Counted from the first letter of the stretch, positions 38,695 through 48,624 are shown. The stretch is 64,000 nt of DNA from Terriglobia bacterium (GCA_963664115.2 CAXWPJ010000002.1:384001-448000), one strand, 5' to 3'. Program-made: numbers and translations. The notes: a model not told the origin generated them from the letters alone.

Positions 38695-39963
38695 ATGACT
38701 TCAACTACTAAAGTAACGGAAATACCCGCAACTATGACAGTCGAGAGCGAGACTACCGCTTACGTCAGCCGACAACCGATATACACGAAACGCATCGAAG
38801 TGTACGGTTATGAGTTCTTGTTTCGCGACAGTGCGACCAATCAGGCCAATATCGTCGACGGCGAAAGCGCGACAGCCCAAGTCATACTCAACTTCATTGA
38901 ATTCGGGGTCAACGAAATCGTTGGTGACCATCCGGCGTTCATCAACCTGACCCGCGACTTCATTCTTGAGGGCCATTGCGAGGCCCTCCCGAAGGACCGC
39001 ATCGTTCTCGAGGTTCTGGAAGACGTGACAGCTGAGCCCGAGATAGTTAAGGAGCTACGCAGACTGAAACACAAAGGGTACATGATCGCCCTGGACGACT
39101 TTGTCTACGAAGAGAGTCTCCGGCCCCTGGTCGAGCTGGCCGACATCATCAAAGTGGATGTGATGGCTACGGACCGGGATGCCTTGGAACCAATCGTCTC
39201 CAACTTCAACAAATTCAACGTCCGTTTGCTGGCCGAAAAAGTCGAGACTCAGGATGAATTCGATTTCTGCAGCGATCTCGGCTTCGACTACTTCCAGGGC
39301 TACTTCTTTTGCAAACCCAAGCTTATTGCAGGCAAGCAGATTCCCACGAATCGCCTGGCTGCGACTCGGCTGGTAGCCAAACTACAGGATCCGGACATCA
39401 AAGGTGATGAACTGGAGGAAACCATACGGCAGGACGTTACGCTGAGCTACAAACTTCTGCGGTTCGTAAACTCCGCCCATTTGTCTCTTCCCCGAAAGGT
39501 GGAATCGATCGGTCATGCGGCCATGATGATCGGGGTGTCCCGGCTCCGTACCTGGGCGAGCCTGCTGATGCTGGCTTCGATGGACGACAAGCCTCGCGAA
39601 TTGATGGTGACCGGCATCGTCCGGGCCAAGATGTGTGAAGAACTCGCCGCAGCAAACGGACTTTCGATGGGAGAGCAGTTCTTTACCGTTGGACTCTTCT
39701 CAGTCCTGGACGCCATGCTGGACAGCCGCATGGAGGACGCTCTCGATCAGCTGCCGCTGTCCGATGAGATCGTTCAGGCTCTGATAACACACGAAGAACT
39801 CCTGGGACGCATGCTCGACTTCACGATCGCATACGAGCAGGGGGACTGGGAACGACTCGCTGAAGTCGGAAGCACCCTCAAACTCGACCCGCCCGCCATT
39901 CGCAAAGCCTACATGAACGCCGTCAAGTGGACGATGGAAATCACAAACGAATTGAATATATAA
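38695..39963 (+). CDS. EAL-HDOD domain protein (YuxH/PdeH-like)
   Basis: RQPI, YEFLFR, LEVLE, ALDDF, IKVD, AEKVE, FQGYFF, then HDOD (LSYKLLRFVNS, GLFS.LDA). Confidence 0.9.
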   Translation: MTSTTKVTEIPATMTVESETTAYVSRQPIYTKRIEVYGYEFLFRDSATNQANIVDGESATAQVILNFIEFGVNEIVGDHPAFINLTRDFILEGHCEALPKDRIVLEVLEDVTAEPEIVKELRRLKHKGYMIALDDFVYEESLRPLVELADIIKVDVMATDRDALEPIVSNFNKFNVRLLAEKVETQDEFDFCSDLGFDYFQGYFFCKPKLIAGKQIPTNRLAATRLVAKLQDPDIKGDELEETIRQDVTLSYKLLRFVNSAHLSLPRKVESIGHAAMMIGVSRLRTWASLLMLASMDDKPRELMVTGIVRAKMCEELAAANGLSMGEQFFTVGLFSVLDAMLDSRMEDALDQLPLSDEIVQALITHEELLGRMLDFTIAYEQGDWERLAEVGSTLKLDPPAIRKAYMNAVKWTMEITNELNI

Positions 39964-40091
39964 AGAAGAAGTTAAGAGCGCGTTGTTCTCTCGACACTTT
40001 CCCCACGCCAAAACCCCAAGACGTCTGTCGGTAGGAATAAGAACTTTGCGCCTTTGCGGTGAATAAGAATCTTAAAGCTGAGGACGCTCGC

Positions 40092-40688
40092 CTACGACGC
40101 CAGGCCCATCGGTTCCATAGCCATAGCCGCAAACTTCTCCACAGGCGAGAACATGACCCGAACGCGGCTTCCTCTCGATTGTGCTCCGCGATGATCCACA
40201 ATGTCGGACATCATGCTTAAAAGGCAGTCGTCGCGCAAGTTCATGTCCTCGAGTGTCATGGCCTCGGCAATCGACCTGGAGATCGCGAGCGCATTTCCAT
40301 CCCAGTAGTGCAAGTGTCGCTCCCGGGCGGGGTCAGATTCCAAAATAGGCGCGGCCATCTCCAAAGGGAACCCCGCGCTGACCAGCTTTTCGTCATCAAT
40401 CCAGAATACAATGGCCTTGGCCTCGGGAGGAATCGCCTGCCAGATTGCTTGCATGGAAACCGAATCCAGAGTCTGAAGGGAGACGTCGGGCCGAGAGAAG
40501 GAAAAGAGTTCGGCGGCACGCTGAATCTCAGCGTTGCCCACCGCAATCAGTTTGAGGTGCTGGCCATCGATCGATCCGATGGTCTCCAGTCGCTCCGATG
40601 GCTTCTGTCCCGTGTATATCCAGACTAGAGCCACCTTCTGATCCGCTCGATCCATATTTACCTCTCCACTGACACGGAACTCATACAC
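40092..40688 (-). CDS. Hypothetical protein
   Basis: Fills the gap between convergent and divergent neighbours; an alternative ATG near 40655 has a GGAGAGG SD. Confidence 0.6.
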   Translation of the reverse strand: MYEFRVSGEVNMDRADQKVALVWIYTGQKPSERLETIGSIDGQHLKLIAVGNAEIQRAAELFSFSRPDVSLQTLDSVSMQAIWQAIPPEAKAIVFWIDDEKLVSAGFPLEMAAPILESDPARERHLHYWDGNALAISRSIAEAMTLEDMNLRDDCLLSMMSDIVDHRGAQSRGSRVRVMFSPVEKFAAMAMEPMGLAS

Positions 40689-40756
40689 CTCACTCCCCTA
40701 TCTCATCGGCGGATGGGCTCAATGGGTGTAGTCGAAAATATGCTATTCTCCCCCGG

Positions 40757-41851
40757 ATGGAGCGCTTGCTGATACTGTCATCGGACACTGGCGAAGGCCA
40801 TAATTCGGCAGCTCAAGCGCTGGGGGAGACCGCCCTCAAAGCAGGATGGCAGGTTTCGGTACGGAAGCCTCTGGAAGAGTCTGCAGCTGGATATCGCTCA
40901 TTAGGAGGCATTTACAACCTCCTCCTGACCTACCGGCCGGGTTGGGTCGGCATGTTCGCCAAGTCCATCGAACTGATTAAGGCGAATGAGGCTGAGTTTT
41001 TCTACGGGCGGGTTCGCACCTACATCCAAAGATTTATCGAATCGGAAAAACCACACGCGATTGTTTCCGTCCATCCCATGTTGAACCACATGATCCCGCG
41101 GTGGATATTGGAACAGAATCTGCAAATCCCCTGCTACACCTTTGTGACCGACCCCTTTCCCCCATTCTGGAAAGGGTGGGCCTCTCGATACGTCACGCGT
41201 TATTTCGTCCTCACCAAAGAGGCGGGCATCCGCCTCGCGGACGACGGGGTGGAAGCCGACAGGATCGAACGGGTTTCGATGCCACTCCGCTCCGGTTTCC
41301 ATACGCGGGGACTGAAGGAGGTCGCCGATTTAAGATCGGGACTTGACGTAGAGGGCGAGACGATTCTGGTCAATGGCGGCGCCCGAGGCGGTGGTCGCCT
41401 CCGACGATTAGTTCAGGCCGTCCTTGAAGCGGCACCCACAGCGAATATCCTGGTCGTGTGCGGTCACAATAAACGTGTCCGCAGGAGCCTCGATAAGCTC
41501 AAGGAACGAAGACTCCGGACGTTCGGCTTCGTCAGCGATATCCATAATCTGATCGGCGCCGCGGATCTGGTCGTCACGAAACCCGGAGCGTTGTCCACGT
41601 ATGAAACCCTGGCATCGGCTGTGCCCGCGGTTCTCACCGCTGTTGGCGGCTTGATGCCTCAGGAGTCGGGACTGTTTCGGGCAGCCAGTGACCATGGCTT
41701 TGGATTTGCAGTACGTACACTGGACGAACTGGGGGCGGTTGTCCGTCAGGGCGTGGCCGGCTGGAAGGCCAAGCACGAAGCGATCAACCGATTTTACCAA
41801 CCCGGGTCCGTCCCGGATTTGATCGATAGAATCCAGCCTCACCGTATTTAA
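40757..41851 (+). CDS. MGDG synthase / GT28-like glycosyltransferase
   Basis: ILSSDTGEGHNSAA, SVHP, VTD, VVCG.N, GFV, VVTKPG..T.E. Confidence 0.85.
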   Translation: MERLLILSSDTGEGHNSAAQALGETALKAGWQVSVRKPLEESAAGYRSLGGIYNLLLTYRPGWVGMFAKSIELIKANEAEFFYGRVRTYIQRFIESEKPHAIVSVHPMLNHMIPRWILEQNLQIPCYTFVTDPFPPFWKGWASRYVTRYFVLTKEAGIRLADDGVEADRIERVSMPLRSGFHTRGLKEVADLRSGLDVEGETILVNGGARGGGRLRRLVQAVLEAAPTANILVVCGHNKRVRRSLDKLKERRLRTFGFVSDIHNLIGAADLVVTKPGALSTYETLASAVPAVLTAVGGLMPQESGLFRAASDHGFGFAVRTLDELGAVVRQGVAGWKAKHEAINRFYQPGSVPDLIDRIQPHRI

Positions 41852-41868
41852 TAAGACAGGCAAATCAA

Positions 41869-43014
41869 TTGGCGAAGCAGATACTGGTAACCGGCGCCAC
41901 GGGATTCCTCGGGAGCCACTTATCTTATGCCCTCCTTCGGAGAGGTCATCGTGTCACAGCGTTGGCGCGCCCTTCGAGGACCGACAGTCCCCGGGATCGT
42001 GTCATGGACGCCATCGCTCGTGTGGGATCGGATCCGGACGAGATCCCTGCTCTAATTGAAGGCCTGGACGTGGTCGAAGGCGACATCTCCCTGCCCCGAT
42101 TAGGGCTGCCCGAATCCGAATACCTGCGCCTGAAGACAAGCATCGACGAAACCTGGCACAGTGCAGCGTCGCTGTCATTCGCGCCGGAAGATCGCGACGC
42201 GATCTTCAAAATGAATGTGGGGGGAACAGAAAACATCATCAATCTCGTGGCCGAGACCCGCAGCCAGCGTCTCCATCACGTCAGTACTGCTTACGTGGCT
42301 GGCCAACGGACCGGTGTGGTCATGGAAGACGAAGTCAAAGTCGGCCAGAAGTTCAAGAATCCATATGAAGAATCCAAATGCGAGACGGAGATCCTGATCT
42401 CTGCCGCCACCCAGGACAAGCGTGTCCGCGCGAGGGTGTATCGTCCGAGCATCGTCATCGGCGATTCGGACTCGGGCCGCGCAACACACTTTCATGGCGT
42501 CTATGCCTTTATCCGTGGCCTCTGGACAGCAACCCGACGACTGCGGCGAGGGCAACCCGATTCCACAATCGTCGACCTGCCGCTACGGGTTCGGGGTTCG
42601 GAGTCGACGACACTGAACTTTGTTCCGATCGACTACGTAACTGACGCGATGCTCGAACTGGCGTCGCAGGAAACGGGCGACGGCAGAACCTACCATTTGG
42701 CGAATCCGATACCCACCGAAAACCGTCTATGGTTGAACATTGTCTGTGACCAACTCCGTGTCCGTGGCATCCGGCTGATGGGAGCCGAGGCCTTTCTCGC
42801 CGACCCCATGACCCGCATGGAAGCTATATTTCACCGACAGATGGCTTTCTACTACCAGTACCTCGGAGGCGAACCTCGCTTCGACTGCAGTCATGTGCTC
42901 GAGAGCTTGAAAGACACGTCGATACGATGTCCGGAAGTGACTCCCGATTTTGCACGCAAAATGACAGGTTGGTACATCGACAAGCTCGGCAGGAACGGGA
43001 ACTCTGAGCGGTAG
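41869..43014 (+). CDS. Extended SDR, NAD_binding_4 (fatty acyl-CoA reductase/male-sterility-like)
   Basis: TGATGFLG, GDI..LGL, HSAA, NVGGT, HVSTAYV, YEESK, RPSIVIGDS, NFVPIDYV. Confidence 0.85.
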   Translation: MAKQILVTGATGFLGSHLSYALLRRGHRVTALARPSRTDSPRDRVMDAIARVGSDPDEIPALIEGLDVVEGDISLPRLGLPESEYLRLKTSIDETWHSAASLSFAPEDRDAIFKMNVGGTENIINLVAETRSQRLHHVSTAYVAGQRTGVVMEDEVKVGQKFKNPYEESKCETEILISAATQDKRVRARVYRPSIVIGDSDSGRATHFHGVYAFIRGLWTATRRLRRGQPDSTIVDLPLRVRGSESTTLNFVPIDYVTDAMLELASQETGDGRTYHLANPIPTENRLWLNIVCDQLRVRGIRLMGAEAFLADPMTRMEAIFHRQMAFYYQYLGGEPRFDCSHVLESLKDTSIRCPEVTPDFARKMTGWYIDKLGRNGNSER

Positions 43015-43033
43015 GCGGCCCCGATAACGGCGC

Positions 43034-44527
43034 TTATAGAAAAAACTGATTCAGAAAATCTAAATACTGGGCACCCAATCTGTCGGGTGTGAACTCTTTG
43101 CGGAAACGTAAGTGTGCGGCCTGCCCGAGTGCATCCCTGTAATCTCCCTCCTCTATCATCCGACAGGCCCGGTCAACAAAATCCCCGGCCGATAATGCGA
43201 TCATCTCCTCCAGTCCGACAAGTTCGGCGCCGCGGTTGGATCGCGAATCGTGCGGGTAGCCGCGCACAATGACCGGCTTGCCCGCAGCCATTGCATCCAG
43301 TATCGAACGGACATCAGCGTTGGGAAACGACACGATGTAGAGATCGATCATTTGCAGAGATTCGGCCTCCCCCACTGGCTGAGGGAGAAACCTCACCTGA
43401 GGCAACACGTCGCGCGCATGTAAATAAGTGCGGGCTCTCCGGCTATCCCCCGAACCCAGAAGCAGGTGGAGATGCGTGGGGGACCGCCGTAGAATCTCTA
43501 CAAGAGCTTGGAGGTATCCCTCGTCCGAACACGTTGTTCCCTCGCCGAAAGTTGCAGAAATCGTCAGAAACGCTCCCATATCAGCGCGGTTTGCACCATG
43601 GGATGCGTCCCCTCGAGAGCTTGAATACGCGCCCGACACTGGCGGAATCCAACGGCTCAAACGTCCTGGAAACTGTGTTTCCTCGAACGCATCTCTGAAC
43701 AGATGTATGGTACCATCGAAAAGGTCTGCGTCCATCTCGACGTCATGATTGACGTTAACCTGCACGGGAGCCGGTCTGAGCGCAGCAACTTGAGTCGTGA
43801 TCTGCTCGCCCAGATCAGCATGGTACAGGGCGACGTCAACACCGGCTTCTGAGATCGCTCGAGCAACCCGTTTTGCGCGCTCAAAGAAATCCCCTTCAAC
43901 ACTGCCCGGCGAAATCTCTGTGCCGAACTCCGGCACTTGAGATCCACCAGAGGGGCCGGGACTAAAAAACCAGGAGGAAAAATTCTCGGTTGTAAACACC
44001 CGCGACCGCACACCGGCCTCACCTAAACTCCGGCAGAGATCGCGAACATAGAAGCTTACGCGGCCGGGCAACAGGGATCCGACAACGTGGGCGACGCTGG
44101 GAAGTCGTCCGTGCAATGCTTCGCCTCGAGTGACGGCGGAAGGAACCACCGCCCATCCTTCAAAAATCTCTCCTATCTGACGCGACCGGGCCGGGTCCAG
44201 CCCTGCGTACAACGCCCTCTGAAAGTAGTCCAGGGCAGAGGCCGGATCGTGGGCGAGAAGCCCTTGTCCGATCTGAAACGCGGAGGCGGCCAGCCGAGCT
44301 CTCTCCCCGGAATGGTATAGGGCCAAGGTATAGGTGTGGTTGAGGATGTCAGATGCGTAAGCGGAGGCGTGAACGGCGGGTTCTAGCAAGCGCACCGCGC
44401 TTGCATAATCCCGCGCCTCAAAAGCCCGGAATGCCGCTTCGTATTTCACGATGCTGCCCGTGGCACGTCCCATCGCGAGGCGCCCGAGAAATCTTTGCCA
44501 TATATGGCGGCGATTTCTTCCAGCCAA
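43034..44527 (-). CDS. GT-B fold glycosyltransferase-like protein with N-terminal helical repeats
   Basis: AALRPAPVQV, IDLY..SFP, LDAMAAGKPVI; start uncertain (ATG 44473 possible). Confidence 0.7.
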   Translation of the reverse strand: MAGRNRRHIWQRFLGRLAMGRATGSIVKYEAAFRAFEARDYASAVRLLEPAVHASAYASDILNHTYTLALYHSGERARLAASAFQIGQGLLAHDPASALDYFQRALYAGLDPARSRQIGEIFEGWAVVPSAVTRGEALHGRLPSVAHVVGSLLPGRVSFYVRDLCRSLGEAGVRSRVFTTENFSSWFFSPGPSGGSQVPEFGTEISPGSVEGDFFERAKRVARAISEAGVDVALYHADLGEQITTQVAALRPAPVQVNVNHDVEMDADLFDGTIHLFRDAFEETQFPGRLSRWIPPVSGAYSSSRGDASHGANRADMGAFLTISATFGEGTTCSDEGYLQALVEILRRSPTHLHLLLGSGDSRRARTYLHARDVLPQVRFLPQPVGEAESLQMIDLYIVSFPNADVRSILDAMAAGKPVIVRGYPHDSRSNRGAELVGLEEMIALSAGDFVDRACRMIEEGDYRDALGQAAHLRFRKEFTPDRLGAQYLDFLNQFFL

Positions 44528-44537
44528 CCGTGATGGT

Positions 44538-44543
44538 TATAAT
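44538..44543 (+). promoter_or_regulatory. -10 hexamer upstream of tRNA-Sec
   Basis: Perfect TATAAT 10 bp before the mature tRNA 5' end. Confidence 0.5.
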
Positions 44544-44553
44544 GCTCTTAGAC

Positions 44554-44651
44554 GGGAGTGAGTAGGGTCCGGTGACTCTCCTGGCCTTCAAAGCCAGCGG
44601 GATGTCGGGGAACCGGCGTCCGGTGGGTTCGACTCCCACGCACTTCCGCCA
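44554..44651 (+). tRNA. selC: tRNA-Sec (anticodon UCA)
   Basis: GGGAGTG/CACTTCC acceptor plus GCCA; 6-bp D stem with CGGT loop; CTGGC-CTTCAAA-GCCAG; long variable arm; GTGGG-TTCGACT-CCCAC. Confidence 0.95.
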
Positions 44652-44668
44652 AGTTTACCGGGCCCTCG

Positions 44669-45016
44669 TCAGCCCTTGAGTGCAGCGAGGGCGTCGGCCT
44701 CTTCGTCGAAGGTGTCGAAAACCGTCAGAAGTTTCGTCATCTGCAAAAGGTCTTTTGCTTTGGCAGTCAGTTTCAGCAGCTTGACGTCACCTTTCTTGTT
44801 CCTGACCGTCGTGTAAATCGACACGAGTTCCCCGAGCCCGGAGCTGTCAATATAACTGACGTCGCCGAGGTTCAGTACAAACTTCAGATCACCATCGTCG
44901 ACGGCACTGCGAACGGCGTCCCGGAGCGAGAGCACGGATTCCCCTATCGTCAGCCGCCCCGACAGCTCAAGAACGTTCACCCCATCTTCCTTGCGTGTTT
45001 TTATCGATAAGCTCAT
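44669..45016 (-). CDS. STAS-domain anti-sigma-factor antagonist
   Basis: LSGRL, VSYIDSSGLGEL, LLQMTKL..VF; AAGGAGG SD. Confidence 0.92.
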   Translation of the reverse strand: MSLSIKTRKEDGVNVLELSGRLTIGESVLSLRDAVRSAVDDGDLKFVLNLGDVSYIDSSGLGELVSIYTTVRNKKGDVKLLKLTAKAKDLLQMTKLLTVFDTFDEEADALAALKG

Positions 45017-45272
45017 TCAGCCTCCTTGAATATCTTATTAGTGCGGACAACGGGGCCGCCGCGTAGGTTAACTTCAACGACAGCGAGTTTCAAGAGCGTT
45101 TTCAATAAGAACAGCCTCGCCAGCCTTAGCAGCCCGTGAAAGGCCTGCACCTGAGGCGGAAGGGCTTCGAATTGAACTGGGCGGGGTTCACTTCATCAAG
45201 TAGAATATTCATGTTGTCTGGCATTGTAGGGCGAAATCGCCCCATCGAATCAATTCGCTTTCGGAACCAGCG

Positions 45273-47249
45273 GTGAAACTCAACTTCAGGATCTCCAGAA
45301 CGATCTTTCTGACCCGACTCGCGTTCATCACGTTCGTTTTCTTCGTCTCCGTGGCGGTGGGATTGATCTTTACACAGGAGTCCGCCCGGATTCCCCTGAG
45401 CGCTGACTCACTATCGCGGGCCGCGGGAGCCTACGAATTCTCCTGGGCTCCTGACGGCGAAAACCTCGCGTTCGTATCGGCTCAGGGGGGCACCTCAGAA
45501 ATCTGGCTGGTCGACGCCAACGCAGGTGCCCCCCGACGCATCACCTCGGATGGTTTGCCCAAGTCAGACCCCCACTGGTCACCCGATGGCGCATGGATAG
45601 TGTATGTGGTCACTCAACCCGGGGGACAAGGGGACATCCACGGAGTCCGACCGGACGGCGGTCCTTCGGAAGCCTTCGTTCAAACAGCGGCCGACGAGAC
45701 CGAACCACGGTGGTCGCCAGAGGGCGCTCAACTACTTTTCGTTTCCGATGCCTACGGCACTCGCCAACTGACGATTCTAGACCTTGAAAACGATACAACC
45801 CGGCGACTGGCTGACACACCGGCTGCAGAGCCTCGTTGGTCACCGGATGGTCAGTGGATCGCTTTCGTCTCAAACCCCCTGCCCAACGACAACCGCATGG
45901 ATAACGAAGACATCTTTCTTGTTTCCCCCACCGGCGGCACCCCTCGTCTACTGACGCCGGGAACGCAGCGCTACCGGGACTATTCCCCCTCGTGGTATCC
46001 GGATTCGCGTCGACTGACTTTCGCCTCCGAAGAAAACGGATACAGCAACCTCTTCATCGTCGACATCGAAAGCGGCAATCGAACAACCTTGACCGATCAG
46101 GAAATCGATCAGTTTCATCCACGCTGGTCTCCCGACGGCGATACGATATCGTTCGTTCAAGTCACCGAGGACTCCGGGTTTCACGTCTGGACCATCCCGG
46201 CAGAGGGCGGGCGTTCCATCCAGGTCTCGGACCGCGCGGGGACCAACGGAGGTTACAGCCGCAGTACCTCGAGTCCCAGGGGCACGATCGCGTGGTCTCC
46301 GGATGGTGAGCGTCTTGCATACACACACTCGGATCCGGCTCGCACATCCGACGTCTGGGTCGTCGCCCCCGACGGGGGCCGCGTGACACCTCTGACAAAT
46401 TCAATACCGTCGGAATTGCGCCAGGAGGCCCGTTTCACCTCTCCGGAACTGGCCCGCTATTCCAGCTTTGACGGTACCCAAATTTCCTCGCTCGTATACC
46501 GGCCGCCGGGACGAAGCTCGGATGAGCGATTCCCCGCAGTTCTCTTTTTCAGGGACACGCTCGAGGGACAAAACGCTTTGTCGTGGAATCCCTTCATCCA
46601 ATCTCTTGTCAGCAACGGATATCTGGTTTTCGCACCGAATGTCCGGGGTTCCTCGGGTCAGGGCAAAGACTTTCGACAAGCCGCATTCAGTCTGGGAGGT
46701 GAAATCGATGTTCGGGATGCCTTTTTCGGGCTGGATCGACTCGCCGGAGACGGACTGATCGACTCGGAAGCCGTCGGGGTGTTCGGCGCTGGTACTGGAG
46801 GATTTCTCGCCACGGCCGCGCTGGCACGCGATAGTTCCCGATTCAAAGCTGCCGTCTCCCTCGAGGGGATCGTGGACCTTGTCACTGCGTCGTCTTATCC
46901 GGCGATGACAGCCTGGGCACGATACATCACAGGCTCAACCCCGTTGGCCGCGCCGGAACCTTACTACGAAAGGTCTCTCACTAACTTCGTCGGCGCGCTG
47001 CGAACGCCCATCATATTTCTCTACGGTGGGAACGATCCAAGAGCGCCCTTTCAACAGATCGAACAATTCGCCGTGCAGGCCGAAATCGAGGGCAAGTGGT
47101 TTGACTACCGGGTTTTCGATGCTGAACCCCACGGGTGGCATCGTTGGCGACCTGCCTCTCTGCGTGTTGTACTGGAAGCAAGTAACGCGCTGTTTGAAAG
47201 ATACCTGCGTGGACGAAACCGCGATATACGTCTCACACGCAATCGCTGA
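45273..47249 (+). CDS. S9 prolyl-oligopeptidase-like protein with PD40 repeats, probably catalytically inactive
   Basis: Many WSPDG repeats; PNVRGSSG.G; nucleophile elbow reads GAGTGG (no Ser); D.R and H retained. Confidence 0.85.
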   Translation: MKLNFRISRTIFLTRLAFITFVFFVSVAVGLIFTQESARIPLSADSLSRAAGAYEFSWAPDGENLAFVSAQGGTSEIWLVDANAGAPRRITSDGLPKSDPHWSPDGAWIVYVVTQPGGQGDIHGVRPDGGPSEAFVQTAADETEPRWSPEGAQLLFVSDAYGTRQLTILDLENDTTRRLADTPAAEPRWSPDGQWIAFVSNPLPNDNRMDNEDIFLVSPTGGTPRLLTPGTQRYRDYSPSWYPDSRRLTFASEENGYSNLFIVDIESGNRTTLTDQEIDQFHPRWSPDGDTISFVQVTEDSGFHVWTIPAEGGRSIQVSDRAGTNGGYSRSTSSPRGTIAWSPDGERLAYTHSDPARTSDVWVVAPDGGRVTPLTNSIPSELRQEARFTSPELARYSSFDGTQISSLVYRPPGRSSDERFPAVLFFRDTLEGQNALSWNPFIQSLVSNGYLVFAPNVRGSSGQGKDFRQAAFSLGGEIDVRDAFFGLDRLAGDGLIDSEAVGVFGAGTGGFLATAALARDSSRFKAAVSLEGIVDLVTASSYPAMTAWARYITGSTPLAAPEPYYERSLTNFVGALRTPIIFLYGGNDPRAPFQQIEQFAVQAEIEGKWFDYRVFDAEPHGWHRWRPASLRVVLEASNALFERYLRGRNRDIRLTRNR

Positions 47250-47363
47250 TACTCGCCGATTCGGAATGACAGTAGTTTGGACAACAAACAAATCCGGCAC
47301 CAATCATGGACATTCAAAAGCGGGGATAGTAGTTTCTAAATAACTTGCTAGGAGGAAGAATAA

Positions 47364-48270
47364 ATGCACACATGGCTCGCCTATAGTCTGATGGCTCTCC
47401 TGTTGCAGCAACCCGCCACCGTGGAAGCTCGGATCATCAATTATCTTAGAGACAATCTGCAAGCCGGTCAGGGCGTCGATCCTGCAAGCCGGTCAGGGCG
47501 TCATCTCCGACCTGGTCAACGACGTGTTCACCTCGGCCGAAGAACGAGAAGCCCTGAGCCGTCTCTACAACACGTTCTTTAAGGTTCCGACATTTCTGGC
47601 GCAGTTTCAGGCAAGCACAGGAGAAGTCCCCTCCCTGCAGGAAATTTCGGAGCAATTTAATCTCGCAGATGTCCCAGGGGCCGCGGATGTCATGCTTCGA
47701 GTGATGGAGGCTGACCCGAGGGTTCCAACGTTTTTCGAACGAGATCCAGCCACGGGCGAAATCCTCAGTATGGATGTCACGCCGATTCTGAACCATCCTC
47801 AGTTCGGTCGAGCCGTTGAGCGCACGATTGCCGGCTGGGAAGGCCAGCAAATACCTCCGTTCACGATGACAACCTTTGAGGGTGAATCAATATCTTCGGA
47901 TGCGGTCGCTAATACGCCTCACATGGTCTATGTCTGGTTCACCAACTGTCCCCCTTGTATCCAGACGGCACCCCTGCTGGTGGAACTCGAAGTCGAATTT
48001 GCAGACTCGGGATTTACGATTGTCGGGGCCAACGCCGATCGGTATCTGGAACTCCCCTACGACGACCAGACCCGCTTTGACTACGTCGAAAGGCTCGGCA
48101 TTCAGTTCACGAATGGACACCTTACCGAGGACATGCAGAATTCATACGGCGGCGTCAGTGTCTTCCCAACAATGTTCTTCGTGAACAGAAACGGCACAAT
48201 CGTCAGGCACTTCGTCAACTTCCAGGAAAAAGAAGCCCTTGAGGAAGCCGTTCGCGCCACGCTCCAGTGA
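47364..48270 (+). pseudogene. TlpA/redoxin-like protein split by a tandem duplication
   Basis: AGGAGG SD and signal peptide in 47364..; WFTNCPPC and FPTMFFV in another frame; 21-bp duplication at 47457-47502. Confidence 0.8.
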
Positions 48271-48357
48271 GCCTGGAGCGGATGGCAGATCGCTGACTGC
48301 CTGGCTCAGACTGGGAGAACCAGAGTTGTAGGAAGGGGCGGATTCCGTTCGCCCCTT

Positions 48358-48624
48358 TTATTCTGCAGAAATACCGATTTCAAGCAAGCCCTGACTCAAG
48401 CTCTGACTCAATCGAGGAGGCAGTTCTCCCGGGTATCCTTCGAGAGTGCGATGCTCCTCGTAGTACTGCCCTGCATCGTTGAGGTCGGCCCGCCCCAGTG
48501 CCGTGTGGCATGCCACGCAGCTACGGTCTTCCATTTCCGCTATTTCCGGCGTTCCGTAGACACCTGGAGCGAACGCGGCTACAGCGACACAGGCGATCGA
48601 TACAGCCACCAAGAATTCTTTCAA
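48358..48624 (-). CDS. Small exported monoheme c-type cytochrome
   Basis: AGGAGAGG SD before TTG 48624; signal peptide; CVACH; LNDAG.YY. Confidence 0.7.
   Translation of the reverse strand: MKEFLVAVSIACVAVAAFAPGVYGTPEIAEMEDRSCVACHTALGRADLNDAGQYYEEHRTLEGYPGELPPRLSQSLSQGLLEIGISAE

Noticed and set aside
45017-45272. Possible riboswitch upstream of the STAS gene
   Set aside because: A few short stems but no conserved motif of any riboswitch class I can recognise
47364-48270. Selenoprotein explanation for the split redoxin near selC
   Set aside because: The active site is CPPC with ordinary Cys codons, and the break is a frameshift rather than an in-frame UGA
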